A DNA stretch of 64,000 bases from an uncultured Chloroflexia bacterium (GTDB taxonomy: Bacteria; Chloroflexota; Limnocylindria; Limnocylindrales; CSP1-4): assembly GCA_963720755.1 (NCBI GenBank), contig CAVRGP010000002.1, positions 384,001 through 448,000 on the forward strand, read 5' to 3'. The notes beneath the pieces were generated by a model, which was not told where the DNA came from, made no database searches, and saw only the letters and a program-made list of their open reading frames with translations. The position numbers were made by a program, and so were the translations under genes. This document shows positions 55,107-64,000 of this stretch, piece by piece; within the stretch, counting starts at the first letter, position 1; every line of letters begins with the position of its first letter.

Positions 55107-56042
55107 TCAGGCAGGCAGCCCCACGTGATCGGGGCCGATCCGGACGGCCAGGCCGTCGGCGAGCAGCGACGCCACGCACCGGTCGACCTGGTCCGGGTCC
55201 GATCCCGTTGCCGTGAAGGCGATTTCCGGCAGCGGCAGGTTGCTGTCCCGCAGCGCGCTCAGGATCCGCCCCCGCACTTGCCGATCTGTGCCGTGCCAGG
55301 CCTGGACGGCGCGCCTGGCCTCACCGGGTGGCGAGCCGGCGAGCCGCCACCGGCACCGATCGGCCAGCGGGCACGACTCGCAGGCGGGGGAGCGGGCCGA
55401 GCAGACCAGCGCGCCGAGTTCCATCACCGCGGCCGAGAATCGCGCCGCACGAGCCGGTTCGACCGGCAGCAGGGCCGCCATTTCGGCCCGGTCGGCCGCG
55501 GTGGCCGGTTCTCGCGGCTCGTCACGCCCGCGCACGACCCGGCAGAGCACCCGGCGCACGTTGGTGTCGATGACCGGGGTGCGCGCGCCGAAGGCGAAGG
55601 CCGCCACTGCGCGTGCCGTGTACTCACCGATGCCGGGCAGCCGCATCAGGTCCTCGATGCTGCTGGGTACGATCCCTGCATGATCGGCGGTGATCGCGGT
55701 TGCCGCCGCGTGCAGGCGCATCGCCCGTCGCGGGTAGCCGAGCCTGCCCCAGGCCCGGATCGCTGCTCCGGCGGTGTCGGCAGCCAGGTCCGCCGGCGTC
55801 GGCCAACGGGTCAGCCACTCCCGGTACACCGGCAGCACCCGTACCACCGGGGTTTGCTGGAGCATCACCTCGCTGACCATGACCGCCCACGGTGATGCCG
55901 AGGGGTCACGCCAGGGCAGGTCCCGGCCGCGGGCGTCGAAGAAGGAGATCAGCAGGTCGGCGTCCAGCGGTGACGCCGACGGCACGTCAGACCGCGTGCC
56001 GGGCCCGACCAATTCCACGCCCGCCGGGCGTCGTGGTCTCAA
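55107..56042 (-). CDS. mutY: A/G-specific adenine glycosylase (start uncertain)
   Basis: RDLPWR, VSEVMLQQT, LGYPRRA, LPGIGEYTA, DTNV, C..RSPAC..CPL...C Fe-S motif. Confidence 0.93.
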   Translation of the reverse strand: MRPRRPAGVELVGPGTRSDVPSASPLDADLLISFFDARGRDLPWRDPSASPWAVMVSEVMLQQTPVVRVLPVYREWLTRWPTPADLAADTAGAAIRAWGRLGYPRRAMRLHAAATAITADHAGIVPSSIEDLMRLPGIGEYTARAVAAFAFGARTPVIDTNVRRVLCRVVRGRDEPREPATAADRAEMAALLPVEPARAARFSAAVMELGALVCSARSPACESCPLADRCRWRLAGSPPGEARRAVQAWHGTDRQVRGRILSALRDSNLPLPEIAFTATGSDPDQVDRCVASLLADGLAVRIGPDHVGLPA

Positions 56043-56647
56043 TGCCCGCCGGGTCCTGCGGAGTCGGCGGTTTCCGCAGCCGCGGGAGATGCGGCGCCCG
56101 CATCATCCGGTGCCGGGGTCGCGACCGGCTCCAGTTGGCCGGTCGGATTCTCGCCGTCGACGAAAACCTCCTCCAGCAGGCCGGTATTCACGTCGAAGAT
56201 GAATCCGCGGACCGCATCGTGGTGCAGCAGGAATCGGGAATCCCTGATGCGGCGCAACGACTCCCGGACCGAATCATGTGGATCTTTGAAGGCCTGCACC
56301 GACCAGGTGGGCCGGTAACCGGCGAACGTCGCCAGATGCGCGCGGAAGGTGTCCTCCTCCAAACGTGCCAGGCCGCAATCGGTGTGGTGGATGATCATGA
56401 TCTCGCGGGTGCCGAGGGCGTGTTGCGAGATCGACAGCGAGCGAATGACGTCGTCGGTCACCACGCCGCCGGCGTTGCGCAGCAGGTGCACCTCGCCGAG
56501 GTTGAGTCGGAACGCACCGTGACCGTCGATCCGGGCATCCATACACATCAGCAGCGCGATCTTCAGGGTTGGTAGCGGCCCCATGCCGACCGGGTGGTAC
56601 TCGGCGTTCGCCAGATTGCGGGCTAGTAGTTCGTCGATGGCCGTCAC
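56039..56647 (-). CDS. Beta-class carbonic anhydrase (Rv1284/clade D-like)
   Basis: CMDARI, RNAGG, HHTDCG. Confidence 0.9.
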   Translation of the reverse strand: MTAIDELLARNLANAEYHPVGMGPLPTLKIALLMCMDARIDGHGAFRLNLGEVHLLRNAGGVVTDDVIRSLSISQHALGTREIMIIHHTDCGLARLEEDTFRAHLATFAGYRPTWSVQAFKDPHDSVRESLRRIRDSRFLLHHDAVRGFIFDVNTGLLEEVFVDGENPTGQLEPVATPAPDDAGAASPAAAETADSAGPGGH

Positions 56648-56709
56648 ACTGCACTCCTCGGCGTTGCTCCCGGGAAAGGCAACGACCCGAGACTACCGTC
56701 GCACGCGTG

Positions 56710-57600
56710 ATGCACCCCGTGGGCCCGCTGAATTCGAAGGTGTACTGGGTGCGCCGGGTGGCGATCGTCGTGGTCGCCGTTGCACTGCTGATCGGACTGG
56801 TGTGGTTCCTGGCGAATCGCTCGTCCGGTTCGTCCACGGCGGCGAGTGTGTCCTCCACATCGGCGAACGCGCCGGCCGCGCCCACCCTCACCGGCGTGCT
56901 CGCGGCGTCCAGTGGCGCCACTCGGTCCACTGCTGCCTCGGCGAGCCCCTCACCGACCAGCGGTTCCCCGGTGTCCCAGTCACCCGTGGTCTCAGATTCT
57001 GCAGCCGCGCCGACGGACCCCGCCGCAGTCAGCGCCCCGCCGGCCGGCTCGTCCGCCGCCCCGCCGCCCACCGTGCCGGCGACCGATCCGGCCGCCGCGC
57101 CGCCGGTGGACACGACGGCGGCCGCGCCGCCGGTGGATCCCGCTACCGTCCCGCCCGCGGAGTCGACCCCCGCGCCGCCCCCACCGTCCTACGACGTAGA
57201 CGGCAAACTTCTCTGCCCGGACAGTGCCATCGTGATCACCGCCATCACCACGGCCCCGAGCTTCCCCTCCGGTGGGCAACCCACCCTGGGGATGACGGTG
57301 ACCAACAGCGGCACCGAGGCCTGCAAGCGGGACGTCTCCGGCACCCTGCAGACCTTCACCGTGCTCGGCGCCGACGGCAGCCGGAAGTGGTCCACCGCTG
57401 ATTGCTTCCCGGGCGAGGGAACAGAGGTTCGGGAGCTTGCGCCCGGCCAGGAGCTGAAGTACACGATCAAGTGGTCCGGCACGTCCTCCGAGCCGGGGTG
57501 CGCCGGCGACCGGGCGGCCGTGCCGCCGGGCGACTATCTGCTGGTCGCCGAGCTGGGTGCGCTCTCCAGTGCGCCGGCGCCGTTCGCCATCACCGGCTGA
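56710..57600 (+). CDS. Conserved membrane-anchored protein (Rv3587c-like)
   Basis: MHPVGPL...YWVRR, TM, Pro/Ala/Ser linker, C-terminal Cys-containing domain (WSTADC); located between mutY and disA. Confidence 0.75.
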   Translation: MHPVGPLNSKVYWVRRVAIVVVAVALLIGLVWFLANRSSGSSTAASVSSTSANAPAAPTLTGVLAASSGATRSTAASASPSPTSGSPVSQSPVVSDSAAAPTDPAAVSAPPAGSSAAPPPTVPATDPAAAPPVDTTAAAPPVDPATVPPAESTPAPPPPSYDVDGKLLCPDSAIVITAITTAPSFPSGGQPTLGMTVTNSGTEACKRDVSGTLQTFTVLGADGSRKWSTADCFPGEGTEVRELAPGQELKYTIKWSGTSSEPGCAGDRAAVPPGDYLLVAELGALSSAPAPFAITG

Positions 57601-57604
57601 TCGA

Positions 57605-57792
57605 GCGCCGATCATCTTCCCGCTGCGCGGGCGAAGTTGGCCGAATTGGGACTGGTGGGACGCTTGTCGACGATTTGAGCCGCGCCGGCGAAGATGATCG
57701 GCGCGGGCCGGGGCCAACTGAGCCGGGCCGGTGAGGATGATCGGCGCGGGCCGGGGCCAAACCGAGCCGCGCCGGTGAAGATGATCGGCGCG
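57605..57792. repeat. REP-like cluster: three tandem 43-44 bp hairpin units plus one inverted partial copy
   Basis: Units start at 57677, 57720, 57764 (core GARGATGATCGGCGCG); inverted GCGCCGATCATCTTC at 57605-57619. Confidence 0.85.
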
Positions 57793-57800
57793 AGGCGGGG

Positions 57801-58897
57801 CTACAGCGCGGCGCCGTAGCGATCGACGATGGAGGATTCGGCCAGCCGGGACAGGCCCTCCCGGACGACCCTGGCCCTTGCTTCGCCGACGCCCTCGACC
57901 GCCTGCAGGTCGGCGGCGGTCGCGGCGAGCAGGCCCTGCAGGTTGCCGAAGTGCTGAATCAACCGGTCCAGGACCGCCGGCGGTACCCGCGGAATGCCGG
58001 CCAGCAGTCGGTGACCGCGGGGGCTGACGCCGGCGTCCAGCGCATCACCGTAGGTGGACAGACCGAGCACCCGGGCGACGGCCGTGAGGTCCAGCAGAGT
58101 GACCTCGTCGAGATCGTCCAGTGCCGCGACGATCTCGTCGACCTGGTCCGGGCCCTGCTCGGGTGGCAGATAGTCGCGGATCAGCAGTTCCTGTAGACCC
58201 TGTGTACCGCTGAGCATTTCATCCAACTGCAGGCCGAGCAGACGCCCGTCGGTGCCCAATTCGACGACGTTGCTGGTGAGCTCGTCGGCGATCCGGCGGA
58301 CCATCAGCAGGCGCTGCAGCACGGTCATCGCGTCCCGCAGGGTGGCAAAGTCTTCGATCTCCAACGCCGACAGCGCCCTGGCGACCTCGTCCAGCCGGAA
58401 CTTGTATCGCTGCAGCGTCGCCAGCGCCTGGTTGGCCCGACTCAGGATGGTGGGGGGATCGGCGACCACATGCCGGCGCCCCCGAAATACAGGTTGATGA
58501 TCGACATCGAGTGGCTGACCGCGATCACCGGGTGCCCGGTCTGCAGCCCGGTCCGTTCCGCGGTGCGGTGCCGGGTACCGGATTCAACGGTCGGGATGGT
58601 GGAGTCGGGTGTCAGCTGCACATTCGCTCGCAGGATCCGGGTGGCGTCGCCGTTCAGCACCACGGCGCCGTCCATCTTGCACAGCTCCCGGAGCCGGGTG
58701 GAGGAAAATTCCACGTCCAGCCGGAAGCCGCCGTCGCACAGTTCCTCGACGGCATCATCGAAACCCAGCACGATCAGCGCACCCGTCCGGCCCCGCAGGA
58801 TCCGTTCCAGACCATCACGCAGCGGGGTGCCCGGCGCCACCCTGGCCAGCACAGCGCGATGGGCTGCGACGCTCATCCGATCTTCCACCCCAACCAT
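57801..58897 (-). CDS. disA: DNA integrity scanning diadenylate cyclase DisA (frameshift near 58480)
   Basis: [39 protein letters not shown]-terminal HhH; follows radA. Confidence 0.93.
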
Positions 58898-59113
58898 CCC
58901 CTCACCGCACTACCCGGTGAGCTTAATGGTCGGAACGGGACCCGTTGGGGCAACGACTGGGTCGATTTTGTGCCTGGTGACCACCAGAGGTGCCAACCCC
59001 TCCCCGGACGGTGACGAGTCGGTTCGCTGCGAACCGCGACCATGGACCCGGCACCGGGTCACCCGACGGCTGCGAGCGCTTCGCCGACACCACAAAACCG
59101 GCCGTCCGCCGGG

Positions 59114-60547
59114 TCAGACGCCGCGACGCCGGAGCCACTGGACGACACCGTCGTCGTTGCCCAGCGACCGGAAGGCGTCCCCCAGGTTGGCGGCCTCGTC
59201 GACCCGCATACCGGCCGGCCGGTCTGCACCGGAGCCCGGCGGCACGATGGCGTGGTCGAAACCCAACCGCGCCGCCTCGGCGAGCCGCCGCGGGACTCCG
59301 CCGACCGGGCGAACGTCGGCGGCCAGGCCCAGTTCACCGATCACCACCAGCCCGGGAGCCAGCGGGATGTCGCGGGCCGACGACCAGATCGCCAGCGCCA
59401 GTGGCAGATCCGCAGCGGGCTCGATCATCCGGGCGCCGCCGACGGTCGCCGCGAGGACGTCCTTGCCGGACAACGCAACCCCGCCCCAGCGTTGCAGAAC
59501 GGCGATCACCATGGACGCCCGCGCCGAATCCAGCCCGGAGACGGTGCGTCGGCTGACCTCGGCACCGGGGGTGACCAGGGCCTGCAATTCGGCCGGCAAC
59601 GGGCGGCGGCCCTGCATGGTGACGGTCGCGCAGGTGCCGGGGACCTTGGCTGTCCGGTGGCTCAGGAACAACCCGGAGGGGTCCGCGAGACCGACGATGC
59701 CGTCCGGCACCATCTGGAAGCACCCGACCTCGTCCGCCGGCCCGTAGCGGTTCTTCACGCCGCGGATGGTGCGCAGGGTGGAATGCCGATCGCCCTCGAA
59801 CTGCAGGACGACGTCGACCAGGTGCTCGAGCACCCGTGGGCCGGCGATCGCACCGTCCTTGGTGACGTGCCCGACGAGTACGCAGGCCATGTTCCGCTCT
59901 TTCGCGGCGGCCGACAGTCCGGCCGCGACGGCCCTGACCTGGCTGACGCCGCCGGCGGTACCTTCCACCTCGCCGGAGGAGATGGTCTGCACCGAGTCGA
60001 TGATGAGCAGCTTGGGCTGGACCTGATCGATGTGGCTCAGCACCGCCGCCAGGTCGCTCTCGGCCGCCAGGTAGATCTCCGGATGCAGGGCATCCATCCG
60101 GTCGGCGCGAAGACGTACCTGGGCGGCGGACTCCTCGCCGCTGACGATCAACACCGGTCCCTGACCGCGGGCGGCCCACTCCTTTGCCGTCCGGAGCAGC
60201 AGGGTGGATTTGCCGACCCCGGGCTCACCGGCCAGCAGGACCACCGCGCCTGGGGTGAGACCGCCGCCGAGGACCCGGTCGAGCTCACCGACGCCACTGG
60301 GCTGCGGTTGGACCTGATCGGCCGGGACCATGTCGATCCGCAGGGCCGCCGTGGTGACCGGACCAGGCGTCAGCCGGCGGATCATCACGGCCGCCGGGCC
60401 GGACTCGACCAGCGTGCCCCAGGCCTGGCACTCCGGGCAGCGGCCCTGCCACTTGACGGCCTCGAGCCCACACTCGGTGCAGCGGTAGGACGCCCGGGCC
60501 GCCGGCTTGGGGGTCTTCGACGCACGATCCGATGCGGTTGATCTCAT
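59114..60547 (-). CDS. radA: DNA repair protein RadA/Sms
   Basis: CTEC...CPEC zinc finger, GEPGVGKST, KNRYG, GELGL. Confidence 0.96.
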   Translation of the reverse strand: MRSTASDRASKTPKPAARASYRCTECGLEAVKWQGRCPECQAWGTLVESGPAAVMIRRLTPGPVTTAALRIDMVPADQVQPQPSGVGELDRVLGGGLTPGAVVLLAGEPGVGKSTLLLRTAKEWAARGQGPVLIVSGEESAAQVRLRADRMDALHPEIYLAAESDLAAVLSHIDQVQPKLLIIDSVQTISSGEVEGTAGGVSQVRAVAAGLSAAAKERNMACVLVGHVTKDGAIAGPRVLEHLVDVVLQFEGDRHSTLRTIRGVKNRYGPADEVGCFQMVPDGIVGLADPSGLFLSHRTAKVPGTCATVTMQGRRPLPAELQALVTPGAEVSRRTVSGLDSARASMVIAVLQRWGGVALSGKDVLAATVGGARMIEPAADLPLALAIWSSARDIPLAPGLVVIGELGLAADVRPVGGVPRRLAEAARLGFDHAIVPPGSGADRPAGMRVDEAANLGDAFRSLGNDDGVVQWLRRRGV

Positions 60548-60554
60548 GACGCGA

Positions 60555-60576
60555 ACCCTAGACGCAGGGTCCGACA
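60555..60576 (-). promoter_or_regulatory. PafBC-type (RecA-NDp) promoter of radA
   Basis: Minus strand TGTCGG-N10-TAGGGT, 7 nt before ATG. Confidence 0.8.
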
Positions 60577-60628
60577 GGCGTGCGGATCCGGGCGTTGACC
60601 GGCCGAGGGGCGAGACCGGTACCGTGCG

Positions 60629-61219
60629 TCAGCCTTCGCTGCCGCCCTCGGAATGTGCGCCTTCCTCCCAGATGGGAGTGGGGTGCGGCGGCAGGATCTC
60701 GATCGTTTCCCGGTCGGTGGACCGCTCGGCCGGCACCTCGATCGGCACGTTGAGGTCGATGGTGCCCGCGTTCGCGAACGAGAACGTCATCGGGATGGAC
60801 ACTCCGTAGTATTGGTCCTGCAGGAACCCGGTGACCATCACCTCGATGCCGTCCTCGGAGGCGAAGTCGGTCAGGGTCTGTCCGGGAACGGACGAGTCGC
60901 CGGTGATCTTCACCGACTCGGCGGCGCTGGTGGTGATGCCGCTGAGGGTGTCGGCCTGCAGTCCGTCGTTGGACACCCACAACAGCAGCCGGGCGTCCGA
61001 ACCGGCGGGGTAGTCCTCGCCCTTTGTCGGAGCCAGTCGGGCGTTGAGGATCGCGATGTCGCCGATCGTGCCGTTCGCGCCGTCGATGGCGGCCACCTGG
61101 TCGGCGGTCTGCGAGTTCTGGCCGGCGGCGCAACCGCTCAGGGCCAGGGACGCCGCTGCGACCAGGGCCAGGGCGGTCGGTGCGAACACGCGGCGCGGGG
61201 CGCGGGCGGTGCGGAACAC
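60629..61219 (-). CDS. LpqE-like lipoprotein
   Basis: Lipobox LSGC, AGQNSQTA, IDGAN, FSFANAG; located between carD and radA. Confidence 0.8.
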   Translation of the reverse strand: MFRTARAPRRVFAPTALALVAAASLALSGCAAGQNSQTADQVAAIDGANGTIGDIAILNARLAPTKGEDYPAGSDARLLLWVSNDGLQADTLSGITTSAAESVKITGDSSVPGQTLTDFASEDGIEVMVTGFLQDQYYGVSIPMTFSFANAGTIDLNVPIEVPAERSTDRETIEILPPHPTPIWEEGAHSEGGSEG

Positions 61220-61517
61220 GGCGGTTCCCCTCTGTTCTCAGATGCGGCCCGCCTGACATGCGGCGATGGTGCGGTGCGGGACGCAAGGATGCTGGTGGAT
61301 CCAGGTTAGCTGCCGGGGGCGCAGCTCTGCTCGGCGGGCACGGCGTCGCCGGGCCGTCCGCCGATGGCGGGGACCCCACGGAGCCGCCACGGTCGCCCGG
61401 ATGCACGGCCCCCCGCGATTTGTCAAGTACGCCCATAGGCCCTGACCTGCGACAACGGGTGAAGGGCGCGCCAATGTCGTGCTAAACTGGTCTGAGCGAA
61501 AGGGGTCTTGAACGCTC

Positions 61518-62000
61518 ATGGTTTTCAATGTTGGCGAAACCGTTGTCTACCCCCACCACGGGGCAGCTCTGATCCAGGCTACCGAGACTCGCACTGTCAA
61601 AGGTGTCGAGAAGCTCTACCTGGTTCTGAAAGTTGCCCAGGGTGATCTCACTGTGAAGGTCCCAGCCGATAACGCCGAGATCGTCGGCGTTCGCGACGTC
61701 GTGGACCGAACCGGCCTGGATCACGTGTTCGAGGTCCTCCGGGCCCCGCACACCGAGGAACCCACGAACTGGTCACGCCGGTACAAGGCGAACCTGGAGA
61801 AGCTGGCGTCCGGCGATGTGAACAAGGTGGCCGAGGTCGTTCGTGACCTCTGGCGTCGCGACCGCGAGCGCGGGCTGTCCGCCGGCGAGAAGCGAATGCT
61901 CGCCAAGGCCCGGCAGATCCTGGTGTCCGAGTTGGCGCTGGCCGAGGGCACCAACGAGATCAAGGCCGAGGGAATCCTCGACGAGGTCCTGGCGTCCTGA
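61518..62000 (+). CDS. carD: RNA polymerase-binding transcription factor CarD
   Basis: [29 protein letters not shown]. Confidence 0.97.
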   Translation: MVFNVGETVVYPHHGAALIQATETRTVKGVEKLYLVLKVAQGDLTVKVPADNAEIVGVRDVVDRTGLDHVFEVLRAPHTEEPTNWSRRYKANLEKLASGDVNKVAEVVRDLWRRDRERGLSAGEKRMLAKARQILVSELALAEGTNEIKAEGILDEVLAS

Positions 62001-62051
62001 GCGGTCCGATCCGGACCATTCCCGACGCCGGCGCTCCGGTTACCCACTGAT

Positions 62052-62705
62052 GTGAGTGTGTACGCGCTGATCCCCGTCATCGGGTCTGGTCAGCGACCGG
62101 CCGGCGAGCCGGCAGCGCGGCACACCGTGGCCGACAGCACGATGCTCGAACACCGGATCGCACGGTTGCTGGCGGCCGGCGTGGACCACCTCGTGGTGAC
62201 GGCCCCGGCTGACCAGGTTGATGCCCTACGGACGTTGCTCGGCCCGGTGCCGACCGTCGTCGACGGTGGGATGGACCGGGCCGAAGCGATAACGGTCGCG
62301 CTGGCCGAGGTCGACGAGAACGCTGATGTGGTTCTCGTGCACCACGGGGAACATGCGGTCGCGCCCGACTCGCTGATCGCGGCCGTCATCGGGGCTGTGC
62401 GGGCGGGACACCCGGCGGTCGTGCCCGTGCTGGCGGTCGTCGACACCATCCGGACGGTCGCATCCGACGGATCGCTGACCGGCCTCCTGGACCGGGCCAC
62501 GCTGCGTGTGGTGCAGACCCCTCATGGCTTCCGGCCGGAAGTCCTGCGCAGGGCCTACCCGGCGGTCGCCACCGACGGGTGGACACCGGCCGGCGATGCA
62601 GAGCGGGTCGAGCAGCTCGGCATCCCCATCACCGTCGTGGCAGGCGACCGGCCGTCCATCGTCACGGGGCCTCCCGACCGACCGGAACGGATCACCGACC
62701 CATGA
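62052..62705 (+). CDS. ispD: IspD-like cytidylyltransferase with degenerate active-site motifs
   Basis: carD-ispD-ispF synteny and fold remnants (GSGQR, GG..R, VLVH, DTIR, QTP.GF), but key residues are replaced. Confidence 0.75.
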   Translation: MSVYALIPVIGSGQRPAGEPAARHTVADSTMLEHRIARLLAAGVDHLVVTAPADQVDALRTLLGPVPTVVDGGMDRAEAITVALAEVDENADVVLVHHGEHAVAPDSLIAAVIGAVRAGHPAVVPVLAVVDTIRTVASDGSLTGLLDRATLRVVQTPHGFRPEVLRRAYPAVATDGWTPAGDAERVEQLGIPITVVAGDRPSIVTGPPDRPERITDP

Positions 62706-63196
62706 ACGCCCCCACCCCAGCCCTGCCGTTCCTCCGGATCGGCGCCGGCGTGGACGTGCATCCGATCGAACCGGGCCGGGAGTGCTGGGTGGCCGGACTC
62801 CTGTTCGCCGGCGTTGACGGCTGCGCCGGCCACTCCGATGGCGATGTCGCGGCGCACGCGCTGTGCGATGCGCTGCTCGGGGCCGCCGGCCTCGGCGATC
62901 TCGGTGCGGTCTTCGGCACGTCTGATCCCCGCTGGGCCGCTGCCAGCGGAGTGACCCTGCTCGCTGAGGTCATGGTCCGTGTTCGCGCGGCCGGCTTCGC
63001 GGTGGTCAACGCCTCGGTGCAGATCGTTGCCAACACCCCGCGGCTGGCACCGCGCCGGGCGGAGGCCGAGCAGGTGCTGTCCGCGGTGGTGAGCGCCCCC
63101 GTTGCGGTCGCCGGGACCACCACCGACGGACTGGGATTGACCGGCCGCGGCGAGGGTCGCGCCGCCATCGCCACCGCCCTGCTGGCCGGGGTCTGA
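62702..63196 (+). CDS. ispF: 2-C-methyl-D-erythritol 2,4-cyclodiphosphate synthase
   Basis: [32 protein letters not shown]. Confidence 0.95.
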   Translation: MNAPTPALPFLRIGAGVDVHPIEPGRECWVAGLLFAGVDGCAGHSDGDVAAHALCDALLGAAGLGDLGAVFGTSDPRWAAASGVTLLAEVMVRVRAAGFAVVNASVQIVANTPRLAPRRAEAEQVLSAVVSAPVAVAGTTTDGLGLTGRGEGRAAIATALLAGV

Positions 63197-63269
63197 CACC
63201 GCCGGGTCGGGCATCGCAGGGGGCTCGGGTCAGGCGTCCGCCGCGCAGCACCGGTTGTTGACGCCCAAC

Positions 63270-64000
63270 TCAGACCGCGGCCGGCAATTCGTCCTCGACG
63301 AATCGCGGCCGAACTGCCAGGCAACCGGCGACCGCCTGGATGGCCACCACCCCGCACATCACCAGCAACGGCACCGTCCAGGTGCCCGACAGGTCGAACA
63401 GCACCCCGAACCCGAGCGGGCCGGCGGAAGCGATCAGATACCCGCCGCACTGGGTGAAGGCCGACAGTGAGGTCGTTGCCAGGCCCGTCCGCGCCCGCAG
63501 TGCGATCAACGTCAACGCCAACGGGAAGGCACCGGTCCCGACCCCGATCAGGGCGGCGAACACCCAGACGAACTGACCGGGAATGACGATCAACCCGATG
63601 AACGCCGCCAGGTAGCAGCCGGACAGGGCGACCACCAGGATCGCCGGCCGGCGCATCCGGCCGAGTAGCGGTGGGACCAGCGCGGCCAGCGGGATTCCCA
63701 CCGTGATGGCGATCGCCACCTGGAAAGCTGCTGCGGTGTCGGTCATCCCGGTGTCGACCAGGATTTCGGCCAGCCAACCGAAGACGACGTAGGCGATCAT
63801 CGACTGGGCACCGAAGTACACCGCCAGGGCCCAGGCCACCCGGGTCCGGGCCAACGTCCGCAGCGGCAGTCGGCGGCCGGCGGACGGCGCCGGGCCCTTC
63901 AGCGGGTCGCGCCGGACCACCAGCAGCCAAGGGACCAGTGCCACCATTGCCGTCGCGGCCCACATGCCCAGCCCGGTCCGCCAGTCGCCACCGAGGCTGC
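63270..64000 (-). CDS. CynX/NimT-like MFS transporter (5' end beyond the window)
   Basis: YFGAQS..AY..FGWL, LSAFTQCGGYLIA..GP.GFG; multi-TM. Confidence 0.85.
   Translation of the reverse strand, partial: SLGGDWRTGLGMWAATAMVALVPWLLVVRRDPLKGPAPSAGRRLPLRTLARTRVAWALAVYFGAQSMIAYVVFGWLAEILVDTGMTDTAAAFQVAIAITVGIPLAALVPPLLGRMRRPAILVVALSGCYLAAFIGLIVIPGQFVWVFAALIGVGTGAFPLALTLIALRARTGLATTSLSAFTQCGGYLIASAGPLGFGVLFDLSGTWTVPLLVMCGVVAIQAVAGCLAVRPRFVEDELPAAV

Noticed and set aside
51688-55179. Long antisense ORFs over clpC1 (also over ftsH, dacB and DUF445)
   Set aside because: These are shadow frames expected from high-GC codon bias, with no recognisable motifs.
57677-57792. Possible mini-CRISPR
   Set aside because: The units are contiguous with no unique spacers, and no cas genes are present.

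Overview
High-GC actinobacterial chromosomal window with many apparently leaderless genes. The right half (about 35-64 kb) is conserved actinobacterial core: XRE regulator/HBHA-like/DUF2516, ppa, dacB, zinc metalloprotease, tilS, hpt, ftsH, folE-P-B-K, DUF3180, lysS, lsr2, clpC1, mutY, beta-carbonic anhydrase, disA, radA, lpqE-like, carD, ispD-like and ispF. The left half is more accessory. It holds opgC-like, lhr-nei, a CsoR/CstR-regulated persulfide-detoxification-type cluster, msrB, and Prim-PolC and LigC separated by DUF1206, a decayed MDMPI gene and a DUF222-HNH gene. It also holds an IS21 relic, peptidases and a PadR-monooxygenase pair. Many conserved genes (lhr, Prim-PolC, ftsH, disA, an aminotransferase and others) carry single-base frameshifts, most simply explained as assembly errors; the apparent FtsH-FolE fusion is one such artefact. 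I saw no tRNA, rRNA or CRISPR array. The most notable observations are an intact IspD ORF with most catalytic motifs substituted, PafBC-type DNA-damage promoters (including one before a VOC gene), an HBHA homolog with an 11-mer repeat expansion, a minimal LAXTG-anchored peptide, an in-frame TAG in DUF1206 and REP-like hairpin repeats. All family assignments come from motif recognition by eye; no database searches were run.
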